A DNA stretch of 64,000 bases from Armatimonadota bacterium (GTDB taxonomy: Bacteria > Armatimonadota > UBA5829 > DTLH01), in contig JBDKUN010000062.1 of the NCBI GenBank assembly GCA_039679675.1, positions 32,001 through 96,000 on the forward strand, written 5' to 3'. Below the pieces are notes generated by a model. The model searched no databases, was not told the DNA's origin, and worked only from the letters and a program-made list of their open reading frames with translations. The position numbers and the translations under genes were made by a program. How positions within the stretch are numbered: position 1 is the first letter of the stretch; each line of letters opens with the position of its first letter. Shown one piece after another: positions 57,478 through 64,000 of the stretch.

Positions 57478-57813
57478 TTGAAATCGCGGATTATGTATAT
57501 CGAGCTGAAAACTCATCCCGGCGGTCACAATGATGCCGGTCCTGCACGCATCGGCCGCGTCACGTTTTCCAAGACTGGGAGCACATTGTACTACCAGGGG
57601 AGGAGCCTCCAGCGTGGGCGGCCTGGCTCCTGTGGCAATTATTTTGATACAGACACAGGAGACGTATACTGGATATCCGGCCCCAAAAAGAGCGGTGAAG
57701 ACCGCTACCCATGGGCGCATCGCACCCCAGTGGAAATCGACGAGGAAGTCCGCGAAGAATACTGGACGACCATCAGAAACCAGCCCGAAAAGAAGAACCA
57801 AGCAACTACCTGA
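57478..57813 (+). CDS. Conserved hypothetical protein
   Basis: GPARIGRVTFSKTG.TLYY...YWISGPKK.G.DR; GGAGG RBS. Confidence 0.7.
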   Translation: MKSRIMYIELKTHPGGHNDAGPARIGRVTFSKTGSTLYYQGRSLQRGRPGSCGNYFDTDTGDVYWISGPKKSGEDRYPWAHRTPVEIDEEVREEYWTTIRNQPEKKNQATT

Positions 57814-57835
57814 TTACAGTACATAAAGATCTCAG

Positions 57836-58507
57836 GTGATAAGCATGGCACATAAGAAAACCGGAAATGCACTCAAAACAGCCCTACTGTCTATAGGAAC
57901 AACGATTATTATTTGTATTCTTGTTGGTCATTGTTTCTACAGCTTGATCTCTCGGCCGCATGCAGTATCAGGCCCGATGGAAGATGGGTGTCCGGGTTTC
58001 ACTGTGGTAGCCATGGACGGTGAGCGCCCTGTTACACTCATACACGAGTGGTCAGTTCTAGCGACACATTCTTATACTTTTGATCCTGTTAGCGGAGCAA
58101 AGAAAAAGATTCCTCGTGCCGACTTGCAGTCCTATGTTGGATCACCTATTGTTTGGGCAGATACGGGTAGGGCAAAGATGCCTTTGAGATACTACCTCTA
58201 CAAAAGAGACCTGGCGAAGATTAACTCCAAGTTCAGTAACAGTGGCCCAATCATAGATCGCTGCTTCCGTGTAAAGATCATAAAGGATGATGTGAAAAGT
58301 AAGTCCCAGACTATAAAAGTGTTGATTATAACTGATAGGGATGATACTGTCATCATATACAAGGTTAAAGGTGAGCGTGTCTATCCAGTTGGGTGGTCAA
58401 GGGTCCGTCGAATTGTTGTAGCCGCCCCAGTGTTGTTGATCAGCCCTGTTATTTTAGCGATTTCCATTTGGGCTTGGGCTTTGATTATTAGAAAAACTTC
58501 TACTTGA
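57836..58507 (+). CDS. Hypothetical membrane protein (2 TM)
   Basis: N- and C-terminal hydrophobic segments; AT-rich. Confidence 0.6.
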   Translation: MISMAHKKTGNALKTALLSIGTTIIICILVGHCFYSLISRPHAVSGPMEDGCPGFTVVAMDGERPVTLIHEWSVLATHSYTFDPVSGAKKKIPRADLQSYVGSPIVWADTGRAKMPLRYYLYKRDLAKINSKFSNSGPIIDRCFRVKIIKDDVKSKSQTIKVLIITDRDDTVIIYKVKGERVYPVGWSRVRRIVVAAPVLLISPVILAISIWAWALIIRKTST

Positions 58508-58569
58508 ATCTTCAGTGCGAGTAGTTTTCGCCGAAGTATGTGAAATGCAGAAATAGCGAGGGCAAGTAG

Positions 58570-59037
58570 ATGGAGGAACGCAGTTATAGTTTATACAGTG
58601 CAGGGACACGAACCGCCATCAAAGTACTGGCAGCGATATTTGTGATTTTTCCTGTGATCGCCGGTATAACACTGGGGATTCTGCGTGGTCCTATTAATTC
58701 TCTCTTTGGGTTAGTTGCAGCAATGTTGGGTGCCACTTTTGTATGGTGCCTAGCACATCTTTCAAGATCAGCGAAGTTGTGCATCTCCGACTCAGGACTC
58801 GTAGAAACCGCAATGTGGTCAAAGCCAACCAGCGTGACATGGGATGGAATACGTAACGTCTCCACGCGAGAGCAACGTCTGTCTCTTTCGCGCTCTCGAG
58901 AGACCATTCTCACAATCACTGGTTCACAAGGTGAAGCAGTAGTTGTCAGTAGTACTGTTCCAGATTGGAATGAGATTATTTTGATCCTAAAAGACAGGTT
59001 GCCTCGGCATCAAAGAGATACCTTTTATAGGGAGTAA
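58570..59037 (+). CDS. Hypothetical membrane protein (2 TM + possible bacterial PH-like domain)
   Basis: Two TM segments then a SVTWDGIRNV-type motif. Confidence 0.6.
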   Translation: MEERSYSLYSAGTRTAIKVLAAIFVIFPVIAGITLGILRGPINSLFGLVAAMLGATFVWCLAHLSRSAKLCISDSGLVETAMWSKPTSVTWDGIRNVSTREQRLSLSRSRETILTITGSQGEAVVVSSTVPDWNEIILILKDRLPRHQRDTFYRE

Positions 59038-59155
59038 TTTGAGCAGAAACGGAATCAGGCAGCTTGGTAGATAAGGTCTTGGATGTCGAATAGGGGGGAC
59101 TTCGGCGCAAAAAGCGTGCGCCGAAGTATATTAAAACGCTGCATTAGGTGACCCA

Positions 59156-59854
59156 ATGGACGAAAAACGAAAAATGCTTCACGAAGAATATGAGCTGCGG
59201 ATGTTCTGGACGGATACAGTCATTCTGCTGAGTCTGGACTTGGCGCCGTATTTCGTGCAGGAACTGAGGATGGAGTTGTTCTATTCCAAAGAGCTCCAAA
59301 AAGAGGCCAGAAACCTGCTGGTCAAACCTCAACGCGATGTCCGTTACGAAGTGTGGCTGGCTGTGATCTATGATGCAGTCCCCGAAGGTTTCCTGGCATC
59401 TGTCTCTCGAACATGCGGCCCTAATGCTGTCGGTCTGCTCAAGGGTTGGGTGGATGCAGCATTTCTAAATGAACACCAGGAAATGGTTTTGTGGAAATGG
59501 AACGATTGTTTTTGTGATGTCGTTCAGAAATGGGAGAATGCAGGGCCGGAGGAGAATATTCCTCTTTGCAAACCGGAAGATGCTTTTCTGCGTGTAATGG
59601 TAAGAGATCACCTGAGCCACAAACAGCATGTAAGAAGTGAGATCGGTGCGATAAGTGGCACAATCGATTCTACCTGGGATGCATTTATGGACCAGAAAAA
59701 CGATCATTTACCGGAATACAGTTACATGCACCTAAATACAATGTGCGGCAACTATATATCGAAGCTTTTCTGGCTGGAATTTACAAGGCATCTGAACGAA
59801 TCGCAGATTGAAGCGCTTCAACGCTACACCGGAATTGCCATACCGGCTATTTGA
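59156..59854 (+). CDS. Hypothetical protein
   Basis: 232-aa ORF with AGGTG RBS; no motif recognised. Confidence 0.6.
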   Translation: MDEKRKMLHEEYELRMFWTDTVILLSLDLAPYFVQELRMELFYSKELQKEARNLLVKPQRDVRYEVWLAVIYDAVPEGFLASVSRTCGPNAVGLLKGWVDAAFLNEHQEMVLWKWNDCFCDVVQKWENAGPEENIPLCKPEDAFLRVMVRDHLSHKQHVRSEIGAISGTIDSTWDAFMDQKNDHLPEYSYMHLNTMCGNYISKLFWLEFTRHLNESQIEALQRYTGIAIPAI

Positions 59855-59884
59855 TTTTAGAGCAATTCTACCAAATACAAAAAC

Positions 59885-59920
59885 AAACAGCCTCCGGCAT
59901 TTTTCGACAACCGGAGGCTG
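59885..59920 (-). terminator. Terminator hairpin, copy 1
   Basis: CAGCCTCCGG-loop-CCGGAGGCTG with a T run on the minus strand; 34/36 identical to 61683-61718. Confidence 0.75.
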
Positions 59921-59928
59921 GTCTAATA

Positions 59929-61605
59929 TTATGGAGTGACTCGCACCCGATATAGGTCTTTTGGCAGCTTGTCTTCCTGGCTGTTGTCGCGGACTGCGAG
60001 GAAAGTCAGCGTGTTGTTTTCATCAAAGGACATGTTCAAGACAGCCATAAACCTGCCGATTTCCTGCCCGTTAACGACTGCTAGTACCGGGTTTTTCCAA
60101 TCATCAACGTCTTTTATGCAGGCCATCTGAGTTCCATCCGCGCTGAAAGTTACATGAGAAGTGCCTGGCAGCTCCCTGCTGTCGACGACTGCTACTCTGT
60201 AGGAGGAGCCCGGTTTCTGGGCGGTATACGAGAGCTTGTTGCTGCCCGTAATAGCTATCGTTTCGTGGTCGATACCGGAATAAATCGGGCCTTCCACACC
60301 GTCTTTCACGACGAGCCAGTTGTCGCCTTCCTGCGCGGCGAATGCATAGTGTTTACCGTCCCGGCTAAGGACGGGAATGGGGTTCGCTATGTAGTCGTAG
60401 GCCCTGGAAGGAACGCCATCGACCACCATCCGGTATTTGTCATCATTTCTGGTGCAGTAGTACAGCTTGCCGTCCGGCCCGTATATCTGGAACGCGGTTG
60501 CGGTGTTTCCTCCGATTTCATCGTACGCCTTGCCGGGCTTGCCGTCCTCAACCAGGCAGTATTTTTCTTCTCCGCATTCGGCGATATACGAAAAATGCTT
60601 GCAGTCCGGGCTGAATGCGATGCTGAGGCTGAAAAGATCTTTGAATTTAGGCCCCGGTTTCCCATCGATCACCACGAACGTTATGGGATCGGAATTAGCA
60701 TCGTAGTTGGTAGCGACATAAGCCAGCCGCTTGCTGTCGGGGCTGAATGTGAATATGCCGTCCACTTCATCATACTTCGGACCGGGCTTGCCGTCCAGAA
60801 GAACGAACATTTTGCCGCCCTTTTGGACAGCGAGCGCAGTATGCTTGCCGTCTGGGCTGAACTCTACCCCTGCAATCTTCTCGTATTCCGCAGTTTCCTT
60901 GCCGTCGATGACAGCCACTTCCAGATTACAGCCTTTTACTACGACAAAAGCAAATCTCCCGCTGGTACCGAATATTCCGGGGCAGTACATTGTATCTATC
61001 TCACGAACCGGAGTTCTTGCGGTGAAATACGGATTAGTCAACTTTATGGGGGGGTAATTTCCGAGTTCCTTGCCGTCCAGGACAGGAATGCAGTTCTTGC
61101 CTCTGAAACCTACATAGCATGTATGCTTGCTGTCAGCTGAGAAATAGGGTTCTCTTACGCCGTCGAATGCGGCGCTTTCTTTGCCGTCAACGACCATCAC
61201 CCATTTATTGCCTTTTCTGGCTGCGTAGGCCAAACGGCTTCCATCCGGGCTGAATTCAAAATCCTGGCTCCTGAATGCGCCCTTCACGATGCCGCGCACC
61301 TGGTCGTATTCCGGGCCTTCCTTACCATCCAGCCACACACAGCATTTTCCGTCCATTTTGAAGGCTACTGTGCCTACATGCCGGTCGTAAGGCGACCTGG
61401 TGCATAAAGCGAAGTCAGTCGAAATATCGTGCTCGACTAACTCCTGCATATCCTGTCGCAGCCAGCCCTTGTAGGCATCCGGGGTAGTAAGCACGAAGAT
61501 GGGGATGGTCCCGAGTTTTTCCACCTGGACGTCAGCGGCGCAGGCCGGAATGATAAAGGCAAAAGCCATGAGGCATAAGGTGAGTTTCAGAAATGTTCTT
61601 TGCAA
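59929..61605 (-). CDS. Secreted beta-propeller repeat protein (PD40/WD40-like)
   Basis: About ten repeats of FSPDG....Y.A......VV.DGK.G..YD; signal peptide. Confidence 0.8.
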   Translation of the reverse strand: MQRTFLKLTLCLMAFAFIIPACAADVQVEKLGTIPIFVLTTPDAYKGWLRQDMQELVEHDISTDFALCTRSPYDRHVGTVAFKMDGKCCVWLDGKEGPEYDQVRGIVKGAFRSQDFEFSPDGSRLAYAARKGNKWVMVVDGKESAAFDGVREPYFSADSKHTCYVGFRGKNCIPVLDGKELGNYPPIKLTNPYFTARTPVREIDTMYCPGIFGTSGRFAFVVVKGCNLEVAVIDGKETAEYEKIAGVEFSPDGKHTALAVQKGGKMFVLLDGKPGPKYDEVDGIFTFSPDSKRLAYVATNYDANSDPITFVVIDGKPGPKFKDLFSLSIAFSPDCKHFSYIAECGEEKYCLVEDGKPGKAYDEIGGNTATAFQIYGPDGKLYYCTRNDDKYRMVVDGVPSRAYDYIANPIPVLSRDGKHYAFAAQEGDNWLVVKDGVEGPIYSGIDHETIAITGSNKLSYTAQKPGSSYRVAVVDSRELPGTSHVTFSADGTQMACIKDVDDWKNPVLAVVNGQEIGRFMAVLNMSFDENNTLTFLAVRDNSQEDKLPKDLYRVRVTP

Positions 61606-61682
61606 GGTTTGTACTCCGATTTAAGTCTTATAACCTCTTATCGGATAAATGCGCCGATTCCTTCACCGGCCAGAAGTATAGA

Positions 61683-61718
61683 AAACAGCCTCCGGTATCT
61701 TTCGACAACCGGAGGCTG
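61683..61718 (-). terminator. Terminator hairpin, copy 2
   Basis: Near-identical to 59885-59920. Confidence 0.75.
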
Positions 61719-61736
61719 ACTATGGACAGCTAAAAA

Positions 61737-63686
61737 CTAGCTGTTATTATGCCAGATCGACTTGATGGCGAGCGCGGCGGGTTTCGGGTCGCCGTTGAAA
61801 TCGATTATCGACGTATTCGCGGCACAGGGAAAGCAATCGTGCCCCATCCAGAAGATCATTCCTCCGCAGCGCGGGAACCGGATCTTTGCGGACATGAGCG
61901 CGATGGTCAGGCACTTGGCCTGCCTTGCCTGGCTCCACTCCACGTATTCTTCCAGTGTCTCAGGCTTGTGGCCTTTTTCTTTGACGAACTGTTTTTCCTC
62001 GATCCACCAGTCTAGGTGCCTTCGCCAGATGGGGTTTGTGGCTACGGGAGGCATAACGTCATAATCGCCTACGGTGCTTCTGATGATCTCCGCAGAGCTT
62101 GCGCCTGGTGAGCCGGTCTCGGAGCGGAGAAGGGAATCGTCCGAGGTCCAGTAATCCAGCCATTCGGGCTCTATATCGCTTTCGCACTTCCATGGCCCGT
62201 GGATGTCCCAGTGTAGGCCTTTTCCGGCATTGGCTGCGTCAAATCCTGCTCTTGGGCCGCTCGGAGATGTTGGGGTGTATCTCCGTGTCGGGTCGAATTC
62301 CTCGACCACTTTTCCCAAACGTGCGATCATCGGGTGGCTCATATCCGCTGTTACCCATTCTTTGCTGTTCAGAAGCTCATTTCCGCCGCACCAGATGATG
62401 AGTGATGGGTGATGCTGTCTCCGTTCCACATAAGACTTGCCGATTTCGGCCATCTCGCTTATGGATTTCTCATCTTTGGGCGGTATACAGTCCATTGTAG
62501 AGGATGAGAGCGGGAACTCCTGCCATACCATCAGGCCGAGCTCATCACAGATGTCGTAAAACCACTCTTTTTCAAGAGAAGCGCCGCCCCACACGCGGAA
62601 AGTATTCGCACCGAGGTCTTTGTAGAGTTCCAGCCGCTTCCGGTAGTCCGCTTCGGTGAGATCGGCAAAGTTCGGGCGGATGGGAGTCCAGTTCGCGCCC
62701 TGCATGAATACCTTCTTGCCGTTTACAACGCAAATCCATGGGTCAGAATCAGGACATGAACCTTCGCACTGCTCCCATCTGATCTCTCTGAACCCTACGC
62801 GCTTCCCGGTAGAGTCGATTTCCTTGCCGCTTCCGTCCAGAAGCTGAAGTTTCAGCTCATAGAGCGGCTGTGAGCCTGCCAGGTTCGGCCACCAGAGTTC
62901 GACCGGGCTTGTATCGAGTGTAATTCCGGCTTCGTTGAAGGAAGCTGCAGGAACTGACTTCTCTGCAACTGCTTTTCCGCCCTTTGAAAGCGTTAGTTTT
63001 ACCGTTGCGCAGGAACAGGCGGTCACTTTACCCAGTGCTACGACTTTGCCTTTTGCGGCGGCCGCATCTGTCTCTGTCCAGCAGCGGAATGAGTCGATTT
63101 TCTTTCCGTCGGTGACTTCGAGGGAAATAGCATCCCAGATGCCGATCTGGACGAGCCGCGCGGTCCAGTCCCAGAAGTAGTTGAAGCGCGGTTTCCACTT
63201 GTCCATCTTGGAAGTGCATCCGAACTGGCCCAGCCAGCGCGGGGAGAGATCGAAGAATATCCGAAGCACGTTCCCGCTCGGTTCAAGCTGCTCTGTCAGG
63301 TCAAAGACATGCGGTACATGGGTCCCGCAGAAGTCGGACACGAGTTTGCCGTTCAGGTAGACTTCGCCGCAGTAGTCCAGTCCCCCGCAGTTAAGGATGA
63401 ATGTTTTACCGGGCTCGACCCATGCGTCGGGAATCTGCGTCTCATAAATCCAGTGGCGGTTTTCGACCCATTCGCACAGTCGGTAGTTGAGCCCGATGTT
63501 CCAGTCCGGGATTACTCCGGCCTCACGAAGGCTATATTGCACCGATCCCGGCACTTTGGCCGGTATGGCTGCTATTTCGGCTGAGTCCGATTCGCTGATG
63601 AGCTGATCGGTATTGGCTCGCCAAAGCTCCGGCACCCAGCCAGAAAGTTTCCAGTCCAGTTGAGATAAATCGTAAGTTTTCTTCAT
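61737..63686 (-). CDS. Glycoside hydrolase family 2 (beta-mannosidase-like)
   Basis: GANWTP, RVWGG, CDELGLMVWQEF, HPSLIIWCGGNE, SETG. Confidence 0.9.
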   Translation of the reverse strand: MKKTYDLSQLDWKLSGWVPELWRANTDQLISESDSAEIAAIPAKVPGSVQYSLREAGVIPDWNIGLNYRLCEWVENRHWIYETQIPDAWVEPGKTFILNCGGLDYCGEVYLNGKLVSDFCGTHVPHVFDLTEQLEPSGNVLRIFFDLSPRWLGQFGCTSKMDKWKPRFNYFWDWTARLVQIGIWDAISLEVTDGKKIDSFRCWTETDAAAAKGKVVALGKVTACSCATVKLTLSKGGKAVAEKSVPAASFNEAGITLDTSPVELWWPNLAGSQPLYELKLQLLDGSGKEIDSTGKRVGFREIRWEQCEGSCPDSDPWICVVNGKKVFMQGANWTPIRPNFADLTEADYRKRLELYKDLGANTFRVWGGASLEKEWFYDICDELGLMVWQEFPLSSSTMDCIPPKDEKSISEMAEIGKSYVERRQHHPSLIIWCGGNELLNSKEWVTADMSHPMIARLGKVVEEFDPTRRYTPTSPSGPRAGFDAANAGKGLHWDIHGPWKCESDIEPEWLDYWTSDDSLLRSETGSPGASSAEIIRSTVGDYDVMPPVATNPIWRRHLDWWIEEKQFVKEKGHKPETLEEYVEWSQARQAKCLTIALMSAKIRFPRCGGMIFWMGHDCFPCAANTSIIDFNGDPKPAALAIKSIWHNNS

Positions 63687-63818
63687 TAAACTTCCTCTGT
63701 TACTACTGATAGCTTCATATTAGGCGATTTATGGCTGAGTGGCAAGAGTTTTGCTTGCTTCTAGCTTGTTTCCTGCGTTACCATACAACTGAAGAGTTCG
63801 TTTTATACCGGAGGAGCA

Positions 63819-64000
63819 ATGCAGTCATTAAAAGATAAAGTTACCATAGTCACCGGAGGGGGCAGGGGAATAGGCCGCGCAACGGCTGTTCTTCTGGCGA
63901 AAGAGGGCGCAAAGGTCGTCGTTACAGCGCGCACCATGAGTGAGATAGATAAAGTTGCGAAGGAAATCAAGGGTTTCGGCGGCTCTGCTTTAGCCATACA
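63819..64000 (+). CDS. Short-chain dehydrogenase/reductase, N-terminal part; runs off the window end
   Basis: Manual translation MQSLKDKVTIVTGGGRGIGRATA; GGAG RBS. Confidence 0.9.
   Translation, partial: MQSLKDKVTIVTGGGRGIGRATAVLLAKEGAKVVVTARTMSEIDKVAKEIKGFGGSALAI

Noticed and set aside
60154..61140. Long antisense ORFs (also 8260-8970, 19874-20596, 22795-23535, 56199-57017)
   Set aside because: Shadow frames of well-supported genes; no motifs.

Overview
A 64 kb bacterial chromosomal window. It combines outer-membrane machinery (TolC, Wzi-like, TolB-like) with Bacillota-like housekeeping genes (pgi, ftsK/spoIIIE, gltX); this mix would fit Armatimonadota, but that is my inference only. Housekeeping and metabolic content: galK fragment, nucleotidyltransferase, glmS, ftsK, rimO, gltX, trxA, pgi, a heptose cluster (hddA-gmhA-gmhB), rhamnose catabolism genes and a GH2. 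Signalling and envelope-stress content: an HD-GYP/kinase/receiver operon, an ECF sigma/anti-sigma/Spy operon, and an OmpR two-component system facing three tandem Spy/CpxP-like genes, a MarR and a MacAB-TolC-type exporter. Best leads: (1) a RloC-like Rad50/SMC ATPase with a HEPN-like Rx4H motif directly downstream of glmS, preceded by 16-bp repeats, a promoter and a terminated leader hairpin; (2) a 70-aa MarR paralog that lacks the DNA-binding region; (3) a multi-winged-helix (delta/HARE-HTH-like) protein followed by a 136-nt rod hairpin; (4) a pair of amidohydrolases that have both lost their metal ligands; (5) a GIY-YIG gene flanked by covarying CGTC-type palindromes; (6) a modular, nesting family of GCTTCG...CGAAGC palindromes. 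I saw no rRNA, tRNA, CRISPR array, transposase or integrase. All calls come from reading motifs by eye; no database searches were run.
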